From assembly GCA_951406725.2 (NCBI GenBank), contig OX597823.1:3596001-3660000 (forward strand): a stretch of 64,000 nucleotides of DNA, in the 5' to 3' direction. The notes below the pieces were generated by a model. That model did not search any database, had not been told where the DNA came from, and was given only the letters and a program-made list of their open reading frames with translations. The translations under genes and the position numbers were made by a program. The stretch is from Octopus vulgaris (Eukaryota). Shown piece by piece: positions 50,270 to 64,000 of this stretch. How positions within the stretch are numbered: position 1 is the stretch's first letter; every line of letters begins with the position of its first letter.

Positions 50270-51860
50270 ATGTCAAAATAACTACTGGACAGAAAAGGCT
50301 GTTGAGCTTCAACGATATAAAACTCCAGAAACTTTAGGAATTCCTAAACACGTACTAAAGAATGATATGGCCCAATATGAGAGTCAACATGTAATTTGAA
50401 GACTGCCTGCCATGCTAACATTGACAGCCAAAATTTCCTGAACTAATGGAAAGTTTTCTTAGAACAATGCCTCAATATCCTCGTTAATCTTGCATGCCAA
50501 AACTCTCATCTTTCCATGAATTCAGAGATGCTGTCAAAAAGATGAAATGAAGGATGTTCCCTGGTCCAGATAATATTCCTCTAGAACTCATCACAAATGG
50601 TGGTCAGTCTTTTCAACCTTGTTTTAGAAATGTGGGAGACCCAAATCTAAAGAATGCCTTCATTGTTCACTCTTTAAGAAAGGAGTCTGCAGCAATTGTG
50701 AAAACTACCATGGCATGTCTCCTCTCTACATCTTAGGAAAAATCTTTGTCAGCATACTGCTTGACCATCTCCTAGTTATCTTGGAGAAAATGTTGCTGGA
50801 ATCTCAATATGAATTTCAAGCTTTCAGGGGAACGGTTGACATTGAATTCTGTGCAAAACAGCTCCTGGAAGAGTACAAAGAACAACAAAATTCTCTTTTG
50901 TTGGTTTTCTATGATCTCAAGATGGTTTATGACATTGTATAAGGTCCAACTATGTGGATGATCCTGAAGTGGTTCAGTTGCCCTGATCATTTTGTAACGC
51001 TCTTCCAGGCATTCCTCTGGGTACTCAACAACAGCATAGCATCACAGGTAACATATCAAAACAAAATGTCAGATTTCTTGATCACCAACAGCTTAAAGCA
51101 GGGACATGTACTAACCACAGCTTTGTTCTCCCTGTACATTGTAGCCATGGCTCTATGAAATTCTACCCAACAACCCCAGTGGAAGGATCAAGTGCCATTT
51201 CGATGATGGACTCTACAATCATTCTAGACTTCAATCACAAAGACCAACCAATGGCATTTGTGTCACACAACTGCAGTTTGCTGATGATGATGCTTTGTCA
51301 GCTCATTCACCCCCCAAAATGCAAGAGTTGGTCAACTACTTCAAAAATGCATGAGATCACTTTGGCCTGACAATCAACATCCAGAAGACCAAAACACTTG
51401 CACAACCTGCTCCAAACTTAATCCTTCCAGATTTCAACATTGCTATCTCTGACATACCATTGGAACAAGTAAACCAGTTCCCATACCTTGGAACCATCCT
51501 CTCCATACTGTGTAACTCCACTCCGGGAAAGATGACTAAAAGAGGATCCAAGCTGCACGTGTCACTTTTGGAAAACTCTTTCATCGTGTTTTTGGAAACA
51601 AGATCCTGAAACTACAAAATACATCCACGGCGAACCAGGCTGAAGTTGTTTCCACTTTACTCTACGGTTGTGACATGTGCACTTGTTGGGACATCTGCCA
51701 ACTTGAATGGCTTGGATTAATTATGAACACTGATTAATTATGAGCGTCAAATGGGAGGACTATGTGAAAAAAGTCCTTGACAGGGTTAAAGTCAACAGAA
51801 TTGAGGCCTTCAGCATCACACACCACAACAGGTGGGCAGGCCATGTCCACAATGATTATA
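50270..51860 (+). mobile_element. Old RTE-BovB-like LINE, heavily decayed
   Basis: PGPDNIPLEL, ESQYEFQAFRGTVD, LKQGHVL, LQFADD, FPYLGT motifs across shifting frames. Confidence 0.85.
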
Positions 51861-52334
51861 TGCACATGTTTTGATGCAGGTCAGCATCAGCTGAATGTCA
51901 TGATTTTATGCAAAAAGTAAATGACAAGAGAAAATTATTATTAACTGAAATGGTTCTATTTTTATCATTACAAAGTAAGATTATAAATTTCTTTGAGTTG
52001 TTGTACACAGATTATTATCCATTCTCTAATCCATTCTGTAATCCATTCTGTAGGTTGTTTAGATCATCTTTTGTTGACTGCTAAGAGAATGGATGGAAGA
52101 AGTGAGAGGGAAAGAGTAAAAGAATCAACCTATCTGAGATGACCAGTAGAGAGGATGAAAGCTGTGCAGTCTCTCACATGAGGTGCTTCTTCTGTCAGTG
52201 CCAAAACCCTGTGTGTGTGTGTGTGTGTGTCTATCTCATGCCAGCATGGAACAATGATTACACACACACAAAATGTACATGTATACATATATGTGTGTTT
52301 GTGTGAGTATGTATGCATTCACATTTATTTAGGG

Positions 52335-52380
<46 letters not shown>

Positions 52381-52670
52381 TCAGTGGAGAGACAAAAGAG
52401 GTGGAGTTAGAGGAGAAGGTCAAAAGTCGGTGAAGAGTGATGTGAGAAGACTGTCCCAGTTAAATCATTTCCCACACTTAAAAACAGCCACACTCAAAAT
52501 CCCGCCTTTTCTATGAGTCATTTGACTTGTTTTGAACTTGGTCATTACTCAAAATGACACTCATTTATGCTTTTGAGGAATGAATAATGAATAATGAATA
52601 ATGAATGGGCTTTCTTCCTCATTCTGGTTTATTAAAAGACATGTCTCCGAATATGCACTGTGTAATTCAA

Positions 52671-52714
<44 letters not shown>

Positions 52715-52796
52715 GATGATATATATATATAAGAATTAACAGAATGAGATAAAAATCCAAGGCTGTGAAAGATTTCAGAACATTTATAAATAGAAG

Positions 52797-52844
52797 GTCT
52801 TACAGCTGTTTCCGGGATATTTTATATATCCCTTCATCAGAGAC
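52797..52844 (-). ncRNA. Minimal type-I hammerhead ribozyme motif (intact core)
   Basis: Minus strand: GUCU CUGAUGA A GGGAUAU-AUAAA-AUAUCCC G GAAAC AGCU GUA AGAC; palindromic stem III ACAGCUGU. Confidence 0.85.
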
Positions 52845-53059
52845 GGTGTGAGAAAATGGTTAAGCAATAGTTATTCTAGATATGAAACAGAGAGTGAAGT
52901 GGAGGAATGAAAAATCTTACAGGAATCTTATATGTATACCATTCTGCCTAAATAATGGAACTGAAGATACAATATCCCTGCATATCCCACATCTATTTTC
53001 ATTCCTCCACTCTCTATTTCATATCTAGAATATCTATTGCTTAACCATTTTCCCACACC

Positions 53060-53107
53060 GTCTCCGATGAAGGGACATATAAAATATCCCAGAAACAGCT
53101 GTAAGAC
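53060..53107 (+). ncRNA. Minimal hammerhead motif, core variant CCGAUGA
   Basis: GUCU CCGAUGA AGGGACAUAUAAAAUAUCCCA GAAAC AGCU GUA AGAC. Confidence 0.7.
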
Positions 53108-53383
53108 CTTCTATTTATAAATGTTCTGAAATCTTTCACAGCCTTGGATTTTTATCTCATTTTGTTAGTTTTTCTATATATACACATGCTGATATATGAC
53201 CTACGTTGGACTCCTCATTCACATAAATAATCACCACACCTGGAGCTTAACTATGGTCTGTCCATAGCACTTACTCAGCATTACTTGATACCTTTGGGTC
53301 TTCTTGACATCATTACCTCTCATAACCTATACATATATATATATATATGATGATGATGGTGATGATGATGATGATGATGATAT

Positions 53384-53448
<65 letters not shown>

Positions 53449-53989
53449 CAGAGAGACAGACAGGTAGACAAATAGATAAAAGTAGATATGGCCAGTCTAT
53501 GATTTCAGATGTGGTTGCCAAGACCCTCAGAGGAAAACCACACATCTGATATCAGATATCTTTTATGAAATTTTGGTATATCACTGTCTCATTTCTGGTT
53601 TATATCATAATTTATTTTCATCTTTTAGAACAATTTACTTTTACTTTTTTCTACAATGCTAAGCTGCATGTTAACTCTGTTGAGACTTATGGGCAACCGA
53701 TAATATCTGTCTGTCTGTCTGTCTATCTCTCTATTTACCAGTCTATCTACATGTCTCTCTCTCTCTATATATATATATGTTGTGTGTGTGTGTGTGTGTG
53801 TGTGTGCATGTGTGTGTGCATGCATGAATGTGTGTGTGTGTGTGCAAGTGCCTCCTAAAATGAAATATTATTGGCAGGACCTTCCAAGAAGCATCAATCA
53901 TAGAAAAACCGGTTCCAATAAGCTTAGAAAAAAAAAACTGAACATTAAAACAGTATTTTCACTTTCAGTTGTAACCAGAAGCTGTGTGC

Positions 53990-54025
<36 letters not shown>

Positions 54026-54214
54026 CAGTTACCATGGAAAAATAAATTGATTGGCTTTATAAAATGAAAGTACATTGCAATAGAAACTGAAAGTGACAAC
54101 AGTGACACACCATAATTTCCTAGAAAAACCTTTGGCTGATCTTCAATGGGTGGGTTTCCTTCGTGGGTGGGTTTCCTTCGTGGGTCTCAGATACTTCTAG
54201 ACTTATGAGGCATT

Positions 54215-54612
54215 TCTTTTATTCTTTTTTTCATTTCAGCCATTTGACTGTGGCCATGTTGGAGCACTGCTTTTACTCAAACAAACCAACCCCAGGATTT
54301 ATTCTTTGTAAGCCTAGTACTTATTTTATCGGTCTGTTTTGCCGAACTGCTGACATATGGGGACATAAACACACCAGCATCGGCTGTCAAGCGATATTGC
54401 GGGGGGGGGGGGGGGACAAACACAGACACACACAGACACACATACACACATACATACATACATATATGTATATATGTATATATATAGATATATACGATGT
54501 GCTCTTTCAGTTTCCATCTACCAAATCCACTCACAAGGCTTTGGTCGGCCTGAGGCTATAGTAGAAGACACTTGGCCAAGGTGCCATGCAGTGGGACTGA
54601 ACCCAGAACCAT
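54215..54612 (-). mobile_element. Family B SINE, near full length
   Basis: Reverse complement has the same two-part structure as 39526-40133; similar copy at 47150-47695. Confidence 0.8.
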
Positions 54613-55748
54613 GAGACAACAGGAAATTACAGGATGTCAGTGTCATCACTTCTGGCATCAAGTGCAATATACTTTCATTTTCTTAAGAACAATTTACTTT
54701 CACTATTTTGTGGCGGGGGTAGGGGTTAAACTGCATGCTAAGCTGTGTGTGTGTGTGTGTGTATTTACATATAGACTAATATTCTTGAGGCATGGAAATA
54801 TTTAACTTCAAATGTATGAATGCATACATCACTTATAGATTCACTCACTCACTACCTCCCCTTCACTCCTCCAATTCCTCCCTCTGCACACACACACACA
54901 CTCTCTCTCTCTCTGTCTCTTTGTCTTTCTCTACAACAACATGAAAATAGTTAGTACAAATAATACTGTCTCTGATAATATTTTTGTTTATTTAACCTTG
55001 ATCAGCCCTTATGAGGCAAACCCCTGATCACTGATATTGCGGTCACTACCACCCGTTTTCAGTCAATGATCAACATCATCTAACACAGATGGCTGCAGAT
55101 GGCTGTTTTAAAATAAGATTTATTAAATTAGAATAAGATTGAAACAAATCTATTATTTGTATATTTGCAATGAATATTTTTAAATATTAGCAAGCCTAGC
55201 TGTGAGAGAAACAAAAAAAAATGTAAACACTTTCTTTCTATGCTTATGCAGAAACAAAGAGTGATGGGGGGGGGGAGTCTTGTGGCAGACTATTTTATAG
55301 TTCCTTAACAGCTCCTCACAGTTTTCTTTTGCAATCAATAACATAGAACCTTCTGCTCCTATTTAAAGCAACCATAAATTAGACTATCACTGTAATGGAT
55401 AGTTTAATTTGTATTTTTGTGCTTTTGATAGCACATCATTAATTAACCAATATTTATTGCATGTACAGCAAACACCAGTAAGGTTTAAATAAATTTAAGT
55501 ATTACAAATCAAAGCTATAGATGAAATAGGAATATGAAAAATATTCTCTTGTGCTTAAGATGTGACCAAGAAAAACAGCCAGAATGTTAAATATATAAGC
55601 ATGTGGAGATAGGAGAGCTATGCTTACATTTTCATAATTCTGCCACAGCTAGGCTTTCCAATATTTAAATTTATTTGGAATCTTGGCTTGTACTGTATCA
55701 TGCAGTGTGTGTGTGAGTGCGCGCACGCGCATATACACACACGTTATC

Positions 55749-55779
<31 letters not shown>

Positions 55780-55844
55780 GGAGTGAAGTTTAACAGTTAA
55801 TTACAGGTGTATTTTTACCTGATGCTTCTAACACTGGTAAAAGT

Positions 55845-55990
55845 ATATTCTTTTCTACTGTAGGCACAAGACACGAAATTTTTGGGCAAGGGACCAGTCT
55901 ATTAGATCGACCCCAGTACGCAACTGGTACTTAATTTATCGACCCCGAAAGGATGAAAGGCAAAGTCGACCTCGGCGGAAATTGAACTCA
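55845..55990 (-). mobile_element. Family A SINE, 5'-truncated
   Basis: Core gaccccgaaaggatgaaaggcaaagtcgacctcggcgg. Confidence 0.8.
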
Positions 55991-56428
55991 ATCACCAACA
56001 TTATCATATGACAATGCTATCCTTGGTAGAGACTGAACAAGGGAAGTAAATGCAAGGAGATTTATCTCCCTTCGAAGAACAGAAAAAAAAAAAGGTGAGG
56101 AGGGGGGTGAGAAAGAAAGACAGAAACAGAGAGGGGGAAGAGAGAGAGAGAGAGAGAGCAGATATATTACCAACAATATTCAAAGTTTGTACAAAATGTG
56201 TATCTTATGTATGTGTGTGTGTGTATATGCATGTATGTATGTATGTCAGTATGCATGCATGCATTTATGAAAGTATGTATTGATGAATATATGTATGTAG
56301 GTAGATAGTATGCAGACAGGTGTATGTATGTATGTACAAATGTATGCATTTATGCATATATGTGTAAGCATGTGTGTATATGTAGTTGTATGTGTATGTA
56401 CACATATATGCTGTTGTGTGTGTGTGTG

Positions 56429-56497
<69 letters not shown>

Positions 56498-57234
56498 CTT
56501 TGGGATTTTGTCATTTTAGAATTCAAAGCTGGTCATGAATAGATTGGCCAGGTTCTTTTGTTTACCTCAAGACAATTCTTTGGGTTTTTTGGGTACCTGG
56601 AATGGTTAATGTATACGCAAATATGTGTGTATTGTGTTTATGTGTTCATGCAGTGGATAAACTTATGGTCCTGGAGTGGGTCACATCAGAAGACAAATAT
56701 ACGTTCTTCGTTATTGGCGTTAGGAAGGGCATCCAGCTGTAGAAACACTGCCAGATAAGACTGGAGCCTGGTGCAGCCTTCTGGCTTCCCAGATCCCCGG
56801 TCAAACCGTCCAACCCATGCTAGCATGGAGAACGGACATTAAACGATGATGATGATGATTGTTTCTGGCCATATGTACATGTGAGTGTGTGCCCTGCATT
56901 CAAACCAGGAACCCCAGAGGGAGAATCCCTGGAATGTTTTACAAAGACTGTCTTCTGTATCGTAACTGATTGTATTTGCCGAATGTGAATCAGTCTGCTG
57001 TGTTTTTCTTGGAGAAACCCCAGATTTCTAGGTTTTTATGCAGATTTGCTGTTACGTAGTTCAGTACCAACTATGATAATGGGAACAAAGGAAAAATTAT
57101 AGCTTGGATATAAATGGATAAGGGTTACAGTTTATCTGTGAGTGTGTGTGTGTGCGTGTGTGTGGTCTCTTCTATTTTTTAATTATTATAAATCTTCCAC
57201 TGAGGAGGGAGTTGGTTTCCAAAGATATAAGGTT

Positions 57235-57800
57235 CCTATGTATGTATGTACGTACATATGTATGTATGATGATGTATATATGCATGATGATGTATGTATG
57301 TATGATGATGTCTGTATGTATGTATGTATGTATGTATGTAGGTAGGTAGGTATGTGTGTATGTATATATTATGTAGGTATGTCTGTCTGTATGTATGTAT
57401 GTATGATGATGTCTGTCTGTCTGTCTGTATGTATGTATGTATGTATTATGTAGGTATGTCTCTATGTATGTATTTATGCATAAATGTATATGAATGTGTG
57501 TGTATATATTTTTGTATGTATGTATGTACGTATTTATGCATATATGTGTATGAATGTGTGTGTGTGTGTGTGTATGTAAGTAGGTATGTCTGTATGTAGG
57601 TAAGTCTGTCTGTCTGTAAGTATGTATTTATACATAAATGTGTACAAATGTGTGTGTGTATGTATTTTTGTATATATGTATGTACTTAGCTATGTGTGTA
57701 TGTATGTATTTATGTATGTGTATGCATGCATGCATATATGTGTATGCATGCACGAATGTATGTCTATTTATGCGCGTGTGTATTTGTGTATGTAAGTAAT
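57235..57800. repeat. Degenerate (TATG)n/(TG)n low-complexity tract
   Basis: Seen directly; similar tracts at 17560-17800 and 56205-56495. Confidence 0.9.
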
Positions 57801-59460
57801 GTTGTGTAATGCCTGTATGTGTGCACGTGTGAATGGATGCTCATATTTGCATATGTATTCATGCATGTATCTATGTGTAAGTTCCCACGGAAATAAACAT
57901 ACACTGCATTAGTGTGTGTATATATCACCACCACCACCAACATTATCATTACCATCACCATCATCACCATCATCCTCATCATCACCACTTGCTGCTCAAT
58001 AACTCAGTTATTGCCAAGAGGCAGGCATTGAAGAGCGAACAGACTTCAAAGGAAACCTCTTCCAAAATGACGTCATGGCACTAAACTTCTTCACCATTAG
58101 GTGACTCCGAATGGCAATCAGGTTGGAACCATTGTAGAATGGATTTAGAATGGATGCTGTGGGTAACACTTAAGGAGAAATCTCTTGATGCGCATAGAGA
58201 AGTATATTGATTTCTTCATGTATGTGCGTGGGTGTATATACATACATATATTATGTATATATATGTATGTGTGTATATATACACATGTATACATCCCCCC
58301 TTCCCCCACACATATAAATATATATTTTTAGTGCAGAAACTGGTCCATGTGAGTCCAAATATTTAAATGTACGTTAGGAGATTTTATTAACCTGATCTGC
58401 CTTTGGTTGATTTCTGTAGCTATCATCAATGTATTTTGGCAATTTAAATAAGAGCTTTGGTTGTTATTTCTAGCAGGTAGACATGCTTAATATGTCCTTT
58501 GATTAATTTTAATCCTTCAGCTATTTAATGCTTATTTTGGGGTCTGCAATCGCCTATATTATTGATTCTGCTATCATTTTTTAGAATAGTCATTCCAGAT
58601 GATAACAAAATTAATGATATCTTAGCAAATTAATTTTTTGAGAATTATTTTTCTCATGAATTGTTTGCCCTTCTATTGATTGTATATAAATATATATTTA
58701 TTTGTGTGCATATATATGTATATAGATATGTGTGTGTGTGTATGTATGTATGTATATATTTATGTATGTATGTAAATATATATATGTATATACATACATA
58801 TATATTTGTGTGCAAGTGTCTGTGTTTGTATGTGTATCTATGTGCAAGCATGGCTGTGCTGTAGGAAGTTTTCTTCCCAACCACATAGTTCCAGGGTCCT
58901 TTTGCTAAACTGCTAAGCTACGGGGGACATAAACACATCAACACTAGTTGTCAAGTGGTGGTGGGAGACAAACAGACACAAACACACACACGCCTACCCC
59001 CACTTCTCTCTACATCTGCACTGAGCATTCTTATTGTTTAATTCACATAAATTCTTCAACACCATGCTAGCACTAACATGCTACCTTTAAGATAGCGTGT
59101 TGGCACATATTGCAAAACCACTTCATATTATCTCAAAAACGAAATCCATATTACCAATTACTTATTACTGTAAAACTGTCCCTCTTAGTTATACTCTCTA
59201 TTTCATTCTTTTACTGTCTTCCTCTCTTTTCATCAAACCGATGTCATCATTTCTGTTCACTGGCTTTGTGGAATATCAGGTGTTTGCACCTGATATTGCT
59301 GCTGTGTGTGCAGACAATGCAACCCAGCTGAGTGAAGAGATCCACTCTCGGTAGTTCACACATGTACTTTATATAAAACATATATTTTATAGAATTTCCA
59401 AAGTGCAGATTCCAAGGTAGGTGAATAAGATATGAGTTACAAAGACGTACAGGTGTCAAT

Positions 59461-59544
59461 TCATTACGGCCGTTTCAAGCAATTCCTTTAATTGATTAAT
59501 GAAAACATTTACATCATTTGAAAGAAACTGTTCTCATCAGATGA
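59461..59544 (-). ncRNA. Type-I hammerhead motif with long stem II (intact core)
   Basis: Minus strand: UCAU CUGAUGA GAACAGUUUCUUU..AAAGGAAUUGCUU GAAAC GGCC GUA AUGA; palindromic stem III ACGGCCGU. Confidence 0.82.
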
Positions 59545-60238
59545 CCGCATGGGCTTCAAACACAAGGGATAAAAACCAATGCTTTACCATATTCACATCA
59601 ATAAGGGAACGCAAAATATTTACATTGTTTCTGTTATCATATCTCTGGCAGAAAATATCAACATCATCATCATCATCATTAACACCACCATCAACATCAT
59701 CAGTTAACCTCCGTACAACATGCTGGCATGGGTTGGATGGTTTAACAGGAGCTGACAAGCCAGAGAGCTGCACTGGATACCAGGTCATCTGTTTTGGCAT
59801 GGTTTCCACTGGATGCCCTTCTTAACAATCAACCCCTTTACAAAGTGTACTGGGTGCTTTTATGTGGTGCCGGCACGTGCTTTTTATGAGGCGCCTACAT
59901 GGGTACTTCTTACGTGACACCAGCATGTGCGCCTTTTATGTGGTTGCAACACAGGTGCTTTATTTATGTGGTATTGAAAGCGTGTGTGGGTGGGGGGAGG
60001 TTGTGAAGGACGAACATGATCCCTTTTGTTCATTTCCAAGCATTTTTCCCAATTTTGTGGTAAAAAAAAAGATCTTTTATTTTCTTCCTGCTAATTCCTT
60101 TGCAGCTAGAACTTTTGACAAAAGCTTTTCTAACTCTGTTCACTTCCAAAACTCTTTTGTTGACCGAATGTTATGCATTTGTGTGTGTGAGTGTGTGTGT
60201 GAGTGTGTGTGTATGTGAGTGTGTGTGTGTGCATGCAT

Positions 60239-60275
<37 letters not shown>

Positions 60276-60346
60276 TGTTTGTATTCATAAATTTTTTTTT
60301 TAAATTGAACTGTACATGAATAGATTGAGCTGAACTTATAAACCTT

Positions 60347-60584
<238 letters not shown>

Positions 60585-60682
60585 TGGGTCATCCTGCATT
60601 GTGCAGAAGCGTTGAAAACCATAAAAGTAACTGAGTGAAATAATTGCAAAATAGAAGCCATTTCCTTATTGTGATGTGAAGG

Positions 60683-61053
60683 TCTTTTTCAGCCAGGGTG
60701 GAGGATACGATTATGAGAAGTCTTTTTAGCCAGGGTGGAGGATACGATTATGAGAAGTCTTTTTAGCCAGGGTGGAGGATACGATTATGAGAAGTCTTTT
60801 TAGCCAGGGTGGAGGATACGATTATGAGAAGTCTTTTTAGCCAGGGTGGAGGATACGATTATGAGAAGTCTTTTTAGCCAGGGTGGAGGATACGATTATG
60901 AGAAGTCTTTTTAGCCAGGGTGGAGGATACGATTATGAGAAGTCTTTTTAGCCAGGGTGGAGGATACGATTATGAGAAGTCTTTTTAGCCAGGGTGGAGG
61001 ATACGATTATGAGAAGTCTTTTTAGCCAGGGTGGAGGATACGATTATGAGAAG
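60683..61053. repeat. Minisatellite, 10 copies of a 37-bp unit
   Basis: Unit tctttttagccagggtggaggatacgattatgagaag; nine identical copies, the first copy has one extra C. Confidence 0.97.
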
Positions 61054-62130
61054 AGAAGCATGTGTCTTTGTTGTTTCTTTTCTCATTGAAATAAATGAAA
61101 TATGAAATCAGAGGTTTTTTGATAAACACACACACACACACATACACATGCACACACACACATCATGCACGCACACACATCACACATATACATCATCCAC
61201 ATACATGCACACACATACATCACACACACACACATTTATCATTCCAATAAGTATACGTACATTCCCATATTTTTTATCTTCAAACATTTGGCACAGATTT
61301 GTTTGTTTTTGCTTTTGTTTGTCTCTTAATCTTCTCGTTACAGTTGACAGCACTGTTATTAGTCTAGATTAATTCTCTTTTTGACTTTGTATCCCGTCTT
61401 CCACATTACTTTCACTTCAATCACATTATTTCAGAAGTGAATGGTAACAAGTGATTTGATTGGTTGAGAATATTGAATTAATCTTGTTTTGATCAAACAC
61501 TACCATATTGATGTGACAACTGACTCCATTTCACTTCTGCACTTCAATGTTTACATTCAGTATAAATATAAAGACAATGCAGTTAGCAAATTCTTACACT
61601 TAGCATTTAAGAATTTTCTCAGCTGCACAACGATGAGAGGACATTCAACAGAAGCACTGTAAAGGTTAGCTACTCTTGTTATGAGTAGTTTACCTCATTG
61701 GAAAACCATATTAGGAAAAGACTTTCTGAATCCAATGAAAATGAATGATAACCTAAATGTATTTCCATAGACTCCAGTAACTGCCCACATAATGGATATT
61801 GCTTGACCAAAGTAGTGCCAAAATCCAAGTGTCAATAACAGACTTATATACCAAAGTATATAAGTATGGGCAACACAAGATATTACTTGCACAAGTATTC
61901 ACTTAAATATCAAGGGCAATAGACCCTCAATGAGTCTATCTAAAGACATATGGTGTTGGTTTGTTTACATCCCCGTAACTTAGTGGTTTAGCAAAGGAGA
62001 CCAGCACTAAACTTAAAACAAAATTTAAGTACTGGGGATGATTTGTTCAACTAATGCCTTCAAGCCAGAATGACCATAGTCCAAGTGGCCACTTATTCTA
62101 TCAGTATCTTTTGCTGAACTACTAAGTTAT

Positions 62131-62998
62131 GGTTCTAGGTAAATTCCACCAGGTAAATTTCACCAGAAGTAAATTTCACTATGGTATATTCCACCATGGT
62201 AAATTCCACTCATGGACAGACTTCCAATATAAGCTGCTCCTGTTAATAATCACCGTGGTCAGTTTCTTTAGACAGTGGGTCAATACCTATGTTATTTAAT
62301 CTGTCTGTCTCTCAAGTCTTAAGAAGAGAGAGAGAGAGAGAAAATAATCATTATAATCTACTTGAACTGAGATGGGATCGCTTCAATGCGCTCACACTGA
62401 GCAAGAATTTATGAAAAGACTTGCTACAAAATTTCAAAATTTAAGCACACATTTTATTATAACAGTGAGGACATTGTGAAGCAGAGTTAGGATAAGAAAG
62501 TTTTGATTTGTTTTTGAAAAAATTTCTTAAGACAAATTGTGTGCAACACTTCTTCAAAATTGCAGAGGATTTTCATTTTGATATTCCTGAACTGGCTTCT
62601 TCAGTCATGCATCAATAATTTGATAGGTCCTTTTCTTGTTGTTGAATGAAGTTGTTTCTGTCTTGTAAATACTGTAAAACATTCTTATCTCTCTTTGAGT
62701 TTTTGCTTTGTTTAACAAATTTCAATGAGTCTCTTTCTCATCCTGCTTCCTCCCCATTCAGCTGTTTACTTTGTATTCCCCGTGGGTTTCTTCGTCTGGT
62801 TGTTCCTTAATTATTTTTCCTCCCTCCTATTTTTTTTTTGTATTCATTCATATTAATATTATTTTTTATGCATTCTTTTTTACTTTCATAATATCATAAC
62901 CCATATAATGATGATGATGATGATGATGATGATAATTTCACCTATGGTGAAATTTACCATAGTGGTGGAATATACTGTGGTGGAATTTACCAGTCACC
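62131..62998. mobile_element. MULE- or Merlin-like non-autonomous element with subterminal short tandem repeats, nested in a SINE
   Basis: GG..CC termini; ggtaaattccacc-type repeats at the left end and their complements at the right; 8-bp TSD taagttat (62123-62130) / taagttac (62999-63006). Confidence 0.8.
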
Positions 62999-63729
62999 TA
63001 AGTTACAGGAATATAAACAAACCAACACCAGTTGTCAAGCAGTGGTGAATGACAAACACAGACACAAAGACACACACATATATCATCATCGTCATCATTT
63101 AATGTCCACTTTCCATGCTGGCATGGGTTGGACAGTTGGACTGAGGGCTGGCAAGTCAGAAGGTTGTACCAGGCTCCAATCTGATCTGGCAGTGTTTCTA
63201 CAGCTGGATGCCCTTCCTAATGCCAACCACTCCGAGAGTGTAATATATACATACAACAAGCTTCTTTTAGTTTCCACCTACCAAATCCATGCTCAAGGCT
63301 TTGGTTGGTCTGAGGCTATAGTAGATGACACTTGCTCAAGGTGATAAACAGTGGGATTGAACCCAGAACCATGTGGTTGGGAAGTAAGCTTCTTACCACA
63401 CAGCCTTGCCTGCACCTATATCTAAAAGAATACTAAAACAGGATGGTCGTAGCTGGAACATCTTTGATCATAGGTCTGCTCGATCGGGGCTAGCCTGGTA
63501 TTAAACAACAACAACAACAACAGCATTAGGATCTGTTAAGGTGGGGTGAGGCAGTGAGACGGGATATGCTGAAGTATTTTGGAATGGTGAATAATTTCCC
63601 TAATGTTTCCCAGACCCCAACAACGCTAATCGTGGGAAAGTTCACCCTAAAGTCACAAAGTTGAAATTAATGACCAATTCACAATTCTATCTTCACAGCA
63701 TCTTTAATGAATAATGAGTTAAATAAAAT

Positions 63730-63962
63730 TAGCAGTTGTTGCTGCTGGAAGTTGTTGTTGTTGGTGGTTGGTGATGGTGGGTGGTGATGGTGATGGTGAT
63801 GGTGATGGTGGTGGTGGTGGCAGTGGTTGTTGTTGGTGATGGTCATCATCGTGGTGGTTGTTGTTTTTGGCAGCTGGGGGTGGAGGTGGTGATGCTGGTG
63901 GTTGTTGCTGTGGTGATGGTTGTTGCTGTTGCTGTTGTTGTTGGCCACTGTTGTTGTTTTTG
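63730..63962. repeat. Compound (GTT/GGT/GAT/GCT)n triplet low-complexity tract
   Basis: Seen directly. Confidence 0.9.
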
Positions 63963-64000
63963 CATTGTGAATTATTTGCAACATTGTTCCACCATTAATA

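Larger units (their letters stand above)
52731..53172. mobile_element. Penelope-like inverted-repeat element with two outward-facing hammerheads
   Basis: Arms about 52731-52913 and 52996-53172, about 80-bp spacer, adjacent to TA repeats. Confidence 0.8.

Noticed and set aside
60683-61053. CRISPR-like array (37-bp repeat)
   Set aside because: Units are directly adjacent with no unique spacers, there are no cas genes, and the context is eukaryotic.
61695-61892. Hydrophobic minus-strand ORF as a membrane-protein exon
   Set aside because: No ATG at the listed start, no family motif; hydrophobicity is expected from T-rich DNA.
63679-63984. His/Asn/Gln-rich ORF as a transcription-factor exon
   Set aside because: Entirely triplet low complexity with no recognisable domain; cannot be supported without transcripts.

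Overview
Eukaryotic, AT-rich, repeat-dominated DNA with no recognisable intact host coding gene. The SINE/RTE/microsatellite repertoire resembles an Octopus genome (inference from repeat families, not a database match). Nearly all ORFs in the track are microsatellite or repeat artefacts. The genuine protein-like ORFs are decayed transposon fragments: several RTE-clade LINEs, one young CR1-clade 3' fragment, and mariner, Tc1 and maT-like transposases. The window also holds several tRNA-derived SINE families, hAT- and Merlin-like MITEs with readable 8-bp TSDs, a probable Gypsy solo LTR, a Helitron-like end, a 10x37-bp minisatellite and a 26-nt U2 snRNA fragment. The most notable signal is non-coding: eight minimal type-I hammerhead ribozyme (HHR) motifs in about five families of short Penelope-like (PLE) elements. 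Several of these elements are inverted dimers, and one carries a tRNA-derived Pol III promoter directly upstream of the ribozyme. A CpG-retaining, repeat-poor stretch near 17.9-18.8 kb may be the promoter/first exon of a minus-strand gene. Offset duplications at 22.7-25.7 kb look like assembly artefacts. Repeat boundaries were read by eye and are approximate unless a TSD is quoted.
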